A DNA stretch of 64,000 bases from the human T2T-CHM13v2.0 reference genome, Homo sapiens (GCF_009914755.1 NC_060935.1), one strand, 5' to 3'. Positions 1 to 17,547 are shown, numbered from the stretch's first letter. The notes: a model not told the origin generated them from the sequence alone. Numbers and translations: made by a program.

Positions 1-129
1 TGGAATTTTATATATAGTACATTTAATGCCCAGTTGTTATATATTAGTCATGCCAGAACAAAGTGTAGAAAAGTTGAAGCATGAATAGTTTTCAGGGAGA
101 CCCAAATAGAGTGTAAGGACAGTCAATTC

Positions 130-430
130 ATTCTTTTTGTTTGTTTTGAGACGAGGTTTTATTCTGTCACCCAAGCTGGAGTGCAGTAATGGGATTACAG
201 CTCACTACAGCTTCAACCTTCGGGGCTCAAGCAATCCTCCCATCTCTGCCTCCTGAGTAGCTGGGGTACAGGGGCACACTGCCGTGTCCAGCTAATTTTT
301 GTATTTTTTGGAGAGATGGAGTTTTTGTCATCTTTTCCAGGCGGGTCTAGAACTCCTGGGCTCAAGCAATCTGCCCGCCTCAGCTTCCCAAATTTGCTGG
401 GATTATAGGTGTGAGCCACCATGCCCAGCC
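130..430 (-). mobile_element. Alu (AluJ-like)
   Basis: Full dimer in reverse; 14-bp TSD AGGACAGTCAATTC at 116-129 and 431-444. Confidence 0.95.
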
Positions 431-622
431 AGGACAGTCAATTCTTTAAAAAAGCCCCCAAACCCTTCACTGAATAGTATTCCACATGACATTCTAAGTT
501 CAGAGAGGCTGGGGGGATGGGTGTTGAGACAAGAGCAAGATGAGGGAAATAAGAGGAAAAACCTGAAGTGGAATGGAATATGCCCCAGGAGCTGTCAATC
601 ATCCATGTAAAGTGATTCATCA

Positions 623-959
<337 letters not shown>

Positions 960-1011
960 TCATCTAATACTTGGGCAAAACCCATCTCAAGACGTGACCA
1001 TGATACTGTGA

Positions 1012-1635
<624 letters not shown>

Positions 1636-2179
1636 CTGGCTCAGTCTGAAGGAGGAGAACACGAGGCTCTCCCCATGCAAACTCAGAGACAGCACTCTTC
1701 CTTCAGCACTCACCACCCCATCAGCACTGTGCTTTCCTTCTTTTTCTAAGGTCAGGAAATTAAAAGCAAATAACAATTATCCTCCACTTAACACTTCATT
1801 CTGGCTAAGTTATCAGAACAGCACTGGCAAAAGGTGGTCTTCTGGTGAAGTCAGGCCCGGGGCCCAGGAGCTCACTGTTAAACAGTAAAATAATAACACA
1901 CACTTAACAACTGCTTAAGAAGCTGGCGGCCACAGAACCCAGGGGGAGATAAAAGGCTGGCAAAGGGTGATGTGCTCAGGGCCAGCAACCCCAATTTTCC
2001 TAAAAAAGAGTGGTGCAAAGTAAACCTCACTCCGAACACCGGGCTGGATTCACTTCCTCTTGGAATCCTTTGGGCCTGCTGGGGGTGCACCTGCTTGTGG
2101 AGTTGGTGTGGGGACTGCCTCTCTCCCATCCAGCTGGCTCCTCCAATTCTCAGAGGGGCTCCAGCAGGGTTAGAATTTA

Positions 2180-2515
<336 letters not shown>

Positions 2516-3157
2516 AAAACTAGACAGCCCCACAAGTGTGGCAAATTTGGAATCCCCACTGGGAATGCTGGCTCAGTGGCACTTTGGTGATTCATCTATG
2601 GTAAATATCAGTTCTGACACAGACCCAGAGGATGACTATTAGGTGCCTGTAAGAAAACTAGCAGGGATGCTACATTGCTGTTTAATTTTTTTGAAGCAAA
2701 AACTTAATAAAATGCCATCTGCTCACTGCCATTTCTCCTCTTTGCAAAAGAGTATAAAATAAAGCCAGTGTAACCAAGCAGATCAATTTCAGGAAATTAA
2801 ACCTAAAGGTGAACCCTGGAAAAACCAGTGCAATAGTCACAACATTGGGCAATGTGGGGCAGAAAACTAACATTCGAGCTACTGAGCTTTTTCCTGTGGA
2901 AAAATATCTCTGTGTTATTTAGAATACTTTTTAAGAGATTCTGGGTGGCCTCTCTCCAAAGTATTGATGTAACACATGAAGAACTTAGTGACCCAGGGAG
3001 CATGAGTCTTGGAACTACTGCCTCTTTGAAAAGAACAGTCCGCCACATGACCACGGTCCTTTGTCATACGCTGTCCTTGACCCGCAGTGGGTGAGCACAC
3101 TAATTCCTGTAAGCCAATGACAACACAGAGCCACTTTTCTATTAAGGCAGCACATTC

Positions 3158-3160
<3 letters not shown>

Positions 3161-3208
<48 letters not shown>
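3161..3208. repeat. (AC)24 microsatellite
   Basis: Perfect dinucleotide run read directly. Confidence 0.98.
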
Positions 3209-3211
<3 letters not shown>

Positions 3212-3565
3212 GTAAATGGAGAAATTAAGGATGGAGATGAAGCAGTCGTAGACTCAGTACCTTAAATATCAGCCTTCTTCTCAACAGCCACTAAAAGAGT
3301 GGTTCGCTTGATGCTAGGGTCATAAAAATGCTTTCTGCCCTACTATGCTTTCCAAACTTTTTATAATGAATATGGCTTACTGGCATAGGAACAATGACTG
3401 TTTTGAGCAATATGAGAGAGGGGATGAGATGTAATCAGAGGCAGAGGAAGGTGACAAAATGTTTCTTCTGAGCAAAGAACACCCATAATTTGAATTATGG
3501 TATAACATTTGTTATCTGAAATTAAATTTTTAGATAAAGGAAAAAGTGAATGTTAAAAATACCAC

Positions 3566-3764
<199 letters not shown>

Positions 3765-4599
3765 TAAAGAGCCTAGAATTTATTTCTGCATGGTATACTT
3801 TTAGATGATTCTTCTCCCATTATTCTTCATACTTTTTAACAAAACTAATATTACAATTATTATGAGCTCATGGAGGTTAAAAGAAAAAGGTACATGAAAG
3901 GAAAACCTGGTTGTTTTATAGAAATTTTACCAAAAAATGAGGGGGTACTGCTTTTGGAAGAAACTCAGGGAGAACCCATTCTAAATTGCTAACCAGTAGA
4001 TGAGACATTGTCTGCATGCCTCATTCCAAGTATCTATCATCTGGCCCCTTCGCCTGGCCCCAGGTGGTGGTGACTCAGGCACTGCATCACCAGTGGGACT
4101 TTCTGTGGCATCTTGCTGATGCTCTGCCCTGCCGTGTACCTACTGCTCTGAGCCTGTGTGATCATTCTACAGCTACAGTGGCTGAATCACCACTGGTGGG
4201 ATGCTGCCATTGCTGGGCAGGGGGTGAGGGAGGGAGAGGAGGCAAAGCCAGCGCAGGGAGTGACAGCTGAGCTGCATCCTTCCCCTGCTAGGGATCAGTG
4301 CTGCCAGGGACAGAAAGAGGGCAGTGGGTGTGACCTCTCAGTGCCAGCTCAGAGAGGAAGAAAGGGATCAAAAGGGCACAAACACAAGTCTCTCCTTGAG
4401 AGTTTAAGGAAAAGATGCAAACATCACAAGGCCCAGGGCAGATGGCCAAGATGTTTATTAACAGAACATGAGTATATTCATCAGAGAATATTCATCAGAG
4501 ATTTACTGCACTGGAGTCCTGCTTATAAACATAACCTGCTTCAATCAGCTTCGGTTCCAATTCCAAAAGGGATTGATCATTACACTCTTCAGACAATTA

Positions 4600-4825
4600 A
4601 AGGGCATGAGTCAGAGCAATGAGGTTCAAAACCCAGCTCTGCCACTTACTAGCTGTGTGACTCTGGACTAGTTACTTGAGCTCTCTGAGCCACAATTTGT
4701 TTCTCTGGATAATAGGCCTAATCATACTTCCTAATTCACAAGATTGAGCATTAAAACAGGTTTTGTAAATAAGCACCTAGCAAAAGGCTTGGCACACAGT
4801 AAAGCATATAGTAAATAAAAATATT
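4600..4825 (+). mobile_element. MIR SINE
   Basis: GCTCTGCCACTTACTAGCTGTGTGAC core and MIR 3' end. Confidence 0.85.
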
Positions 4826-5014
4826 TTTATTAATAGCCTGATTCCTAGGGCTGATGGCTTCAAGACAAAGAAGTCATCAGATACTATATAAAAGTTATTG
4901 TCACTATTAGGAAGGAGGGATAGACCCAAGGCCACTCGATTCTGTTATTTTCTTAAAGGCCACTAGGATCCACAGTGATTTAAAAAAAAATTGTGATTTA
5001 CTCACCACAGATGG

Positions 5015-5320
5015 CTCATTTATTCTGCATTCATTCACTCATTTATTCAACAACTGTGTAATGATTACCTAATAATACACCAGAAGCAGCTATGCTCTGG
5101 GGATATGAAAGTGAATGGGGGTCCCTACCCTCATGAAGTTGGCAGTCTAGTGGAGGAGGGAAGACAGTATGCCAGCCAAATAAATATTGGATACAAAGGG
5201 CTGTGATGCAGTCAGCACAAGGAATCCAAACTAAGGATCTCTAAGCCAGACTACCTAGGCTTGGTGGTCAAGGAAGGCTTCCTGGAAGAAGGGACACCTC
5301 AGTTGATGATGAGCAGGTAT
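5015..5320 (-). mobile_element. L2 LINE 3' fragment
   Basis: CATTCATTCACTCATTTATTCAACAA end and CCCTACCCTCATGAAG...AGTCTAGTGG motifs. Confidence 0.7.
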
Positions 5321-5500
5321 CAGTCTGCTCTGAAAATCCTCTGTGCTCTGCCTATTCATCCCTCCCTGCCCAACCCCTGGCAACCACTGATCTTTTTACT
5401 GTCTCCATAGTTTTGCCTTTTTAAGAATGTCATATAGTTGGAATCATACTATACATGGCCCTTTCTGATTGGCTTCCTTTACTTAGAAATATACATTCAA

Positions 5501-5805
5501 GGCCGGGTGCAGTGGCTCACACCTGTAATCCCAGAACTTTGGGAGGCCGAGCCAGGCAGATCACTTGAGGTCAGGAGTTCAAGAGCAGCCTGGCCAACAT
5601 GGTAAAACCCCATCTCTACTAAAAATACTAAAATTAGCCAGGCGTGGTGGCAGGTGCCTGTAATCCCAGCTACTCAGGAGGCTGAGGCAGGAGAATCACT
5701 TGAATCCGGGAGGCAGGAGGTTGTAGTGAGCTGAGATTGTGCTGTTGCACTCCAGCCTGAGCAACAAGAGCGAAATTCCATCTCAAAAAGAAAAAAAGAA
5801 AGAAA
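5501..5805 (+). mobile_element. Alu (AluSx-like)
   Basis: Alu consensus; TSD AGAAATATACATT. Confidence 0.95.
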
Positions 5806-5848
5806 AGAAATATACATTTAAGTTTCCTCCATGTCTGCATGGCTTGAT

Positions 5849-6325
5849 ATTCCAGAAGCAGGGCTTGGACATCAGACCAAATTGAGGACTAGCTAAAACA
5901 GGTCCCGGGCAGAAGCAGCTTTCCATTAAGACATGCCCACCAGTGTGCCATGGTTGGTTTACCATTTCCATGGCAACACCTAGATGTTCCTGCCTCTTTC
6001 CGTGGCAATGACCTGATAACCTGGAAGTTACCAACCTCATCCTAGAAATTTCTGCACGAGCCACCCCTTAATTTGCATATAATTAAAAGTGGGTACAAAT
6101 ATTACTGTACTAGTAGTACGGAACTGCCTCTAAGCTGTTATTCTGGACACACTGCCTATGGGATACCCCTGACCCACAAGGAATAGTACCTTTGCTGCTG
6201 CTGTAAACTGCCACTTCAATAAAAGCTGTTTAACACCACTGGCTCACCCTTGAATTATTTCCTAGGCGAAGCCAACAACTCTCCTGGGATAAGTCCTAAT
6301 TTTGAGGTTTGCCTGTCGTGCATCA
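5849..6325 (+). mobile_element. Solo ERV LTR (LTR47-like, family tentative)
   Basis: Interrupts colinear L1 sequence; AATAAA at 6218-6223; ends TGCATCA; GACCAAATTGAGGACTAGCTAAAACAGG resembles recalled LTR47 consensus. Confidence 0.75.
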
Positions 6326-6455
6326 TCAGCTTATTTCTTTTTAGCTCTGATAATATTCCATTGTCTGGATGTACCACAGTTTATCTATCCATTCACATAT
6401 TGAAGGACATCTTGGTTGCTTCCAAGTTTGGCAATTCTTAATAAACCTGCTATAA

Positions 6456-6875
<420 letters not shown>

Positions 6876-7599
6876 TAAGGAACTGCCAAATTGTCTTCCA
6901 AAGTGGCTGAACCATTTTGCATTCCCACCAGCAATGCATGAGAGTTCCTGTTGTTCCACATCCTCACCAGCATTTGGTGGTATCAGTGTTCTGGATTCTG
7001 GCCACTCTAAGAGGTGTGCAGTGGTATGTCCTAGTATGGTCATTGTAACTTGCAATTTCCTAATGACAGATGATGTTGAACATTTTTTCACAAATTTAGT
7101 TGCCATCTGCATATCATCTTTGGTGAGATGTCTGTTAAGATCTTTGATCCATTTTTAAATTGATTGGTTGTTTTCTTATTGCTGAGTTTTAAAAGTTCTT
7201 TGCATATTATTTTAGGTAGCAATCCTTTATCAGATGAATCTTTTGCTGCAAATATTTTCTCCCAGTCTGTGGCTTGTCTTTTCACTCTCTTGGCACTGTC
7301 TCTTACAGAGTAGAAACTAATTTTGATAAAGTGCAGCTGATTGATTCTTCCTTTCCTGGATTATGCTTTTGGTGTCTGGTGTCATATCTAAAAAGTCATC
7401 ATCAAACCCAAGGTCATCCTAGATTTTTTTCCCCATGTTATCTTCTAGGAGTTTTATAGTTTTGTGTTTTACATTTAGGTCTCTGATCCATTTGAGTTAA
7501 TTCTGGGAAGGGTGTAAGGTCTGTGTCTACATTTATTTATTTATTTTTGCATGTGGATGTCTGGTTTTTCTAGCACCATTTGTTAAAAAGGCTATCTTT

Positions 7600-7903
<304 letters not shown>

Positions 7904-8029
7904 GACTATCCATTGTTTACCTTTGTTCCTCTGTCAAGATGAGTTGACTATGTTTATGTAGGCCTATTTCTGGGCTCTCTATTCTGTTCCATTGATCTAT
8001 TTGTCTAGGGAAATTTACCATGCTGTTCT

Positions 8030-8210
8030 CATCATTCATTCACTTATCCAAATATTCATTACACGCCTACTAATTATACCAAACTTAGTTAGTGCTAGGA
8101 ATACAGAGGTGAGTAAGACCCAGTTTTCTAATCTGGAGGGGAGGAAAAACATGTACACAAATAGTTTAAGTAGACCATGATAAATACTAGAGGAGGAGTC
8201 TGTAGTAGGA
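8030..8210 (-). mobile_element. L2 fragment
   Basis: CATTCATTCACTTATCCAAATATTCATT...GTGCTAGGAATACAGAGGTGA. Confidence 0.6.
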
Positions 8211-8211
8211 A

Positions 8212-8901
8212 TAGTCATGTGCTGCATGACATTTTGGCTAGTGACAGACAGCATATACGATGGTGGTCCCATAAAGTTATAATGGAGCTGGAAAGTTCTA
8301 TCACCAGCCAGGCATGGTGGCTCACACCTATAATCCTAGCCCTTTGGGAGACCAAGCCAGGAGGATTGCTTGAGTTCAAAGCCAGCCTGGGCAACATGGC
8401 AAGACCCTGTCTCTACAAAAGATTTAAAAATTAGCCAGGCATGGTGGCATGCAGCTGTGGTCCCAGCTGTGGGAGGCTGAGGAGGGAGGATTGCTTGGGC
8501 CCAGAAGGTTGAGGCTACAGTGAGCCACAATCATGCCACCGTACTCCAGCCTGGGCAACAGAGCAAGACCCTGTCTCCAAAAACAAACAAACAAAAAAAG
8601 AGAAATTCTATCACCTAGTGATGTTGTAGCCAACATAAGATCATAGTGCAATGCATTACCTTTTCTATATTTAGATACAGAAATATGTACCATTGTGTTA
8701 CAATTGTCTACAGCATTCAGTACAGTAACTTGCTGTCCAGGTTTATAGCCCAGGAGCACTTGGATATACCATATAGCCTAGGTGTGTAGGAAGCTATACC
8801 ATCTAGGTTTGCATAAGTACACACTATGATGTTCCCACAACAAAATCACCTATCCATGCATTTCTCAGGACCTATCCCTGTCATTAAGCAATGCATGGCT
8901 G
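8212..8901 (+). mobile_element. Tigger3/MER7-family DNA transposon, split by an Alu
   Basis: Ends (T)AGTCATG...GCATGGCTG followed by TA; internal GCATATACGATGGTGGTCCCATA and TAGCCTAGGTGTGTAG motifs. Confidence 0.9.
8306..8600 (+). mobile_element. Alu (AluJ-like) inside Tigger3
   Basis: Alu consensus; TSD GAAA(G)TTCTATCACC. Confidence 0.93.
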
Positions 8902-9788
8902 TAGTAGAAACTTGGAAGGACAGCCTGAAAAGAGGACTTTTGCTATGTGCTGTTATCGTCAGCAAGGGAGGAAAAATAACAGGATGTTTCAAAAAGCCCC
9001 CATTTACTCAAAGAACTCCAAAGGGATTTTACAGACTTTATGAGAAGCAAACACTCCCTGGTTATCTCATAGTTAAGCAACAATATGCAATACCAGAGGG
9101 ACTGAAGGGGTGGAGGAGGTATAGGGAAGGAAGCTAGTTTATTGTCCCAGTAGGACACTCATTCCCAGATGGGTATATCCTGCCAGAGGTCACTATGTCA
9201 TTCCCAGCATCTTGGAGGACACTATGATCTTTCCCTGCAAAGAAGTAAGAAAACGATCACTGGACACTTGAAACCGGGCTGACCTCTCAGTGACCTACCC
9301 AGCTCCATTCCTTCTCCTTCTTGGCTGACATGCCGTTCTGTCTCGAGTGGCCATGCAATATGCCAGGAGCCCTGGTGGACATCTTCCCAGGCTCTCTTAT
9401 GGCCGTGCCACACAGTTCTGGACAATGAGACATCAATTCAAGACTTCAGGGTTTCTGGGAAATACTACTTCTCCTGATCAAAAGGGATAATCAGCTCTCT
9501 GGCTGGCAGGGCTTTTGCTCTTCTTATTGCCTCAACTGTGACATACTGTTTGAAGAAGGTGCAGCGGCAGCCACTGTGTAACCAGGAGGCAGGACCCTGC
9601 TACGGCTGAAGCTGTTCTCAGAGAGTGGGGCCAGAGCCAACGTGCTGAGGATGGCAGAGCAAAAGGCAGAAAGAGCCTGGCTCTCTCGCAGTCTCACCCA
9701 GCAGCTAAAAGACACCAGGCACTGCCTATCCCTGAACCTCTTGTTGCAAAAATAAAATAAATAAATAATAAATAAATAACCCCCTGTT

Positions 9789-10480
<692 letters not shown>

Positions 10481-10784
10481 AGGTCAGGTTTTCTGTGACT
10501 TGCAGATGAAGTGATTCCCCAAGTTTCCAAGGAGCAGGCTAAAGTGACTGCTCAGAGTACACTGTCCAGCCTGGCTGGCTGTGCCTGTGTCCCTTAGACT
10601 ACTGAGAACAGAGTGGCTCTAGCCAAGTCCCCTGAGGGCTTGAGGTGGTGACGGCAAATCTAGCCCTCATTCAGCTTGAATAGGGGGGCTCAACGCTCCC
10701 CTCACGGGGCAATCTTCTGGCCAGAACATTCACCTGCTGCTAGGCAGTCTGTGGAGTCCCACTCACTCACTTAATTTTAATTTA

Positions 10785-11112
<328 letters not shown>

Positions 11113-11113
11113 C

Positions 11114-11510
11114 CATTGGTTCTGTCTGGAAAGGTGGGACAACTTGAAGCAAGGGGTGGGGCTTCCAGGTTATAGGTAGATTTAAAAATTTTCTGATTGG
11201 CAATTGGTTGAAAGGGTTATCAATAGAAAGGAATGTCTGGGTTGCATAAGAGGTTGTGGTGACCAGAGTTTCATCATGCAGATGAAGCCTCCAGGTAGCA
11301 GGCTTCAAAGAGAATAGATGATAAATGCTTCTGCTTAGACTTAAGGTCTGTGTGGATATTAATGCCAGAGAGGTATAGTGAGGCATGTCCAACCCCACTT
11401 CCATTCATGGCCTGAACTAGTCTTTCAGGTTAAATTTTAAGAGTGCCCTGGCTGTGGAGGAAGTCCATTCAGATGGCTGGGGAGCCTTAGAATTTTAATT
11501 TTGGTTCACA
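11114..11510 (-). mobile_element. ERV1 LTR fragment (MER4A/E-like), 3' part missing
   Basis: Minus strand begins TGTGAACCAAAATTAAAATTCTAAG and follows recalled MER4 consensus (GCCTGCTACCTGGAGGCTTCATCTGCATGAT). Confidence 0.88.
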
Positions 11511-13067
11511 GAGCCCTAAGCATCCGAGTGGGAGGTGAGGAGCCTCCTCCTCCACCTGGAGCCCTGTAGAAAGAGGTTACCTTAACAGGCCTCATAACAG
11601 GCACCCTCCAGCTTAATCTTAATTTGAAAACCAGCTCTCAAAAATGAAATCAAGCTACAGGGAGATGCTGAGTTTCAGATGCAGTGCCTGTGGATAACAG
11701 ACTTTCCCTCCCAGAAGCCTCTTAAGGCTGGATGTGGGGCTGTGCTTTGCAGAAAGGCACTGGAGACCTCGGTGCACTGACTTCTAACCCTGGGCTTGCA
11801 CATAGGCCTACCCCGAAGGAGTCCTTGCCTCCCTATGGGAAAACTAGGGCTCTCGAGTGCTTTGCACACAGAACCAAAATAGGAAGGTCTCCCTCTAAGT
11901 CTCCCCAGTTTCTGGGGGAACGACAGAGCCTGCAGCAAGCTCTCCTGGGAAGGTGGGCCTTTCCCTGGGGAGCACCTTCTTCTTGCTGCCCTGGGCACAG
12001 AGGAGTCTTGGCCTGTCTGCACAGCCCTAATGTGACCCTGTGTATTTAAACTGAAACTTTGGGCTTTGACCCAAAGCCCCTCGCTGTTTGTTTTACAAAC
12101 TCCTACTTACAGTCTCAAATTAGGCTCATTAAAAAGCCAGCTCCCTGTGGGGCTATAAACGTCACATGGACAAGCGGAGAGTGAGTTTACGAGGCTGGCG
12201 TGTGATCTGCCCACCAACACAGCCGAGGACCGAGTGGAAACAGTGAATCAGCCTGTTTCAGCAGAACCTGTTTCCTCAGCCCTCCCGACTGGAGCAGAGG
12301 TGGCAACGTCCCAAAGAGGCAGCCCCATCGGTCCTTCCAGGACAGCTGGCCTGGATCTTTCCTGGATCTGCACAGCACAATTGACAGAGAGGAAGTCTGT
12401 ACCCCAAAATTCTCCGCTCTCCTGCTCCCCTAAGCCTTTTCTTAGTTCTTGATTTGGAGTCTCCCCTGCGCCACCCCATTCCATTCACATTTGCCCCGTA
12501 ATCATCATTAGGAGCGTAGGCTGCTGCTACCTCCCTCCCAACCACACACACACTCACTCATGCTTTGAGCAGACTGACCCTATCTCTGCATGGGGTGTTG
12601 CTCCTGCCTGGGTGGCCCATGCTCTAGCTCTGGGAACTGTCACCCCTGCTTTGCAGCTTGCGCCTTGCAGGCAGCAGGCCTGGGGGATTGGAGCACAGAG
12701 GAAAGCAGTCTCCTGCGCCCCGGCATCAGCCTCAGCCTCATTACTCAAATTGCTGACCCGCTAGCATGCCTCCAGTTACATCAGAGCTCCAACACTATGT
12801 TGCCTCCAGTGAGATCTGATTGTCCACCCCTCAAGTCAACTGCCAGAGGGTGGAGAAAACTACTAGAACATTCTCCTTATTTCTGTCTTTTTGCAGCTTC
12901 CACTCTCTGGTACTGTGTCTACACCCTGTAAACCCAGCTCCAGTCTCAGCCTATTCACTACCCTCTTAAATCCAGGAGCCCAGGACCTCACGTACAACTT
13001 CAGGGTATGCTGTGTTTGTGTCCACCCTGAGTGGTTCAGAAGAGACTAAGAGGATCATGCCCCTCTT

Positions 13068-13460
13068 TCTGTTTTTGTTAATTTTGAGACAGGGTCTTGC
13101 TCTGTTGCCCAGGCTGGAATGCTTTGGCACAATCTGCTCACTGCAGCCTTGACTTCTGGGCTCAGCATCCTGAGTAGCTGAAAACTACAAGTGTATGCCA
13201 CCACACCCAGCTAATTTTGTTTATTTTTTTGGAGAGATGAGGTCTCACTATATTGCCCTGGACTCAACTCCTGGACTCAAGCAGTCCTTTTGCTTCGGCC
13301 TCCCAAAGTGCTGGGATTATAGGAGCAGGCCACCATGCCCAGCCTAATTTTAATTTTTCATAGCAATGGGGTCTTGTCCTGCTACCCAGCTAGTCTCAAA
13401 CTCCTAACCTCAAGCCATCCTCCCATCTCAGCTTCCCAAAGTGTTGAGATTACAGGCGTG
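13068..13460 (-). mobile_element. AluJ plus an extra left arm (trimer-like)
   Basis: Dimer 13068-13344 followed directly by another left monomer. Confidence 0.85.
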
Positions 13461-13669
13461 GTGTACCCCTTTCTGGATACTGCAATGCTGATGACTGCAG
13501 TTTCAACACTGGTGGCCTCCCCTCTCTTTGACCATCCTTTCTTTCTATCAAGTGACTGGCTGCCATGGTCTTCATAGAGCCTCCCCCGACAATGACGTGT
13601 TGGTTAAAAGGCACCAGCTCATGAGTTAGGTGGACCCAACCTTGCAGGGTGGCCTCCAACACATAACAC

Positions 13670-13800
13670 CACCTTTGAGCCTCAGTTTGCTCGTCTGCAC
13701 AGTGGAAATAGCACCTACTCTCAAAGACTGAGGGCGAACATCAAATGAGATGATGCATATATGTACTCAACATAGTCCCTGGCAAAGACTGGGCATACAA
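13670..13800 (+). mobile_element. MIR SINE
   Basis: GAGCCTCAGTTTGCTCGTCTG...TCAAATGAGATGATGCAT. Confidence 0.7.
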
Positions 13801-14495
13801 AAGACAGAAGGCACCATTGTCTCTAATCACCACTGAACTCTGCCCCTCTCCTCTGGTTCTCAGGCTTGAGGTAGGAATGATTTGAGATAGTGGTAATCTT
13901 TTTTAACGAGGCTTTTGGCTAAGGAAGGGCAAAAACTATATTTTTCTTCACACTTCCTTCTTGCTGTCATCTCTGCAGTTCACACAGTTCCAAGAACATG
14001 GTAGGTGCTTAATAAGTATAAAAAAATCCATGTTCAGAGAATGTGGATTTATTTTAGCTTTAAATCTAAACTTGAGGTATGCAGTCAAAACTGAGATACT
14101 GAGATATTCTGAATATTAAACTAGAATAATAGTTCTGACTTCCGATGGCATTACAAGTTAAAGGAAAAGCAATGTATTCATGACACCCGTCTCCTCCAAT
14201 TGCTCAGCTAATGAGGAGGTGGCCGTCAGGGAGGGCAGAGGGCAGAGGCTGACTGCTCTGACGCGTTAGAGCAGAAGGGGAAAGAGTGGGCTTGTCAGCC
14301 TGGTCTCCAGCTCTGGCCCTGGTCCTGGGCCAAAAGCCGGCCTGGGGAGCAAAGAATTAAACTGTCATGCTGCAAGACCCCGCCACTGTTATGGCTGAAG
14401 TCGCCAGCTGTAAACAATAGCTCAGACTCCACACAGGGCTTGTAGACTGCAGAGCCCACCCTCTTGGGCTCTAGCTTTCCTCTTCCCTTCCCTTA

Positions 14496-14885
<390 letters not shown>

Positions 14886-14956
14886 TTACATGAGTGCTTT
14901 GAGCTTAGAAGTCCCTGGACATTCCAAGTAACTATAGGTTTTAGAAGCCGCTATCA

Positions 14957-15292
<336 letters not shown>

Positions 15293-15817
15293 TCAAATAA
15301 ATATTGGGAATAGCTTGGCAGGATGGGCCACCACTGCCCTTCCTTGATCCAGAGCCCAGTCTCCTGGAAGGGATGTTTTAAAAGAGGAGCTCTCCTATGG
15401 GAATAGAAAGCAAAACCAAGATCCCCTCACACAAATGAGGAAGCTGCCTCCTTAAGGAGCAATGAACAAGTGCAGACTACAGGCAGGGTCAGTACAAACT
15501 GCCTAAGGACTCTGTGACATGATGGTATCACATATGGCTTTAACATAAAACACGGACAATAACCTGAGAAGTTAAGCTACTTGCCCAAGGCCACAGAGTA
15601 GGACCATGCTCCTCACAACTCCAGTATAGAGAAACTGGGCTCAGCGTTCATGAGTCCAAGTAGGCTGTTTTTTCAAAATGAGATATAATTCACATGCTAT
15701 AAAATTTACCCTTTTAGAACATTTCATTCGCTGTTTTTAGTATATCAGAGTATGAAACCATAACCACTATTTAATTTCAGAACATTTTCATCACCCCAAA
15801 AAGAAAACGTTTGGTAT

Positions 15818-16099
15818 GGTATGGGTATGGTAGCTCACACCTGTAATCCCAGCACTTTGGGAGGCCGAGGCAGGTGGATCACTTCAGGTCAGGAGTTGGT
15901 GACCAGGCTGGCCAACATGGCAAAACCCCATCTCTACTAAAAATACAAAAATTAGCATGGTGTGGCAGTGTACGCCTGTAGTCCCAGCTACTCTCCTGAG
16001 GCAGGAGAATTGCTTGAACCCAGGAGGTGGAAGTTGCAGTGAGCTGAGATGGCGCCACTGCCCTCCAGCCTGAGAAAGACTCTGTCTCCAAAATAAAAA
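15818..16099 (+). mobile_element. Alu (AluS)
   Basis: Alu consensus. Confidence 0.9.
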
Positions 16100-16336
16100 G
16101 GAGTTCGAGATCAGCCTGGCCAACATGGCGAAATCCCGTCTGTACTAAAAACACAAAAATTAGTCAGATATGGTGGTGCACACCTGTAATCCCAGCTACT
16201 CAGGAGATTGAGGCAGGAGAATCACTTGAACCCAGGAGGCGTAGGTTGCAGTGAGCCCAGATTGCACCACTGCACTCCAGTGTGGGTGACAGAGTGAGAC
16301 TCCATCTCAAAAAAAAAAAAGAAAAAAAAAAAAAAG
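16100..16336 (+). mobile_element. 5'-truncated Alu (AluS)
   Basis: Starts at GGAGTTCGAG, directly after the previous Alu tail. Confidence 0.9.
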
Positions 16337-16535
16337 AATCTGTACCCATTGGAAGTCATCAGTCTCTCCCCATTATCCATTTCCCTCTGTTCTTAGAAAG
16401 CACTAAGCTATTTTCTGTCTCTACGAATTTGCCTTTCCTGGACATTTCACATAAATGGAATCCCACAAGATGTGGCTTTTTGTGTCTGGCTTCTTTTACG
16501 TGGCATAATGTTTTTAAGGTCCATCCATGTTGTAG

Positions 16536-17069
<534 letters not shown>

Positions 17070-17072
17070 TAC

Positions 17073-17386
17073 TTTTTTGTTTGTTTTCTTTTTGAGATAA
17101 GGTCTCACTTTGTTGCCCAGGCTGGAGTGCAGTGGTGTAGTCTTGGCTCAGTAGCATGATCTTGGCTCACTGCAACCTCTGCCTCCTGGGTTCAAGTAAT
17201 TCTCCTGCCTCAGCCTCCAGAGTAGCTGGAATTACAGGCACCCGCCACCATACCTAGATAAATTTTATATTTTTAGTAGAGATTTCACCATGTTGGCCAG
17301 GCTAGTCTCGACATCCGACCTCAGGTGATCGCCTGCCTCAGCCTCCCAAAATGCTGAGATTACAGCATGTGCCACCGCACCCAGCC
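17073..17386 (-). mobile_element. Alu (AluS)
   Basis: Reverse Alu consensus with internal duplication of TCTTGGCTCA. Confidence 0.93.
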
Positions 17387-17547
17387 TATGTTTGATTTTT
17401 TGAGGAACCACCATGCTTGTTTTCCACAGTGACTTCACCATTTTACGTTCCTACCAGTGGTGTATGAAGGCTCCAATTTCTCCACATCCTCACCAACACT
17501 TATTATCTGTCTCTTTGGTTATAGTCCTAAGAAAGTGGTATCTCAGG

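Noticed and set aside
1714-1745. Possible 32-nt minus-strand exon (and similar candidates at 34240-34309 and a donor near 3090)
   Set aside because: Splice signals are moderate and have no supporting feature; such pseudo-exons are frequent.
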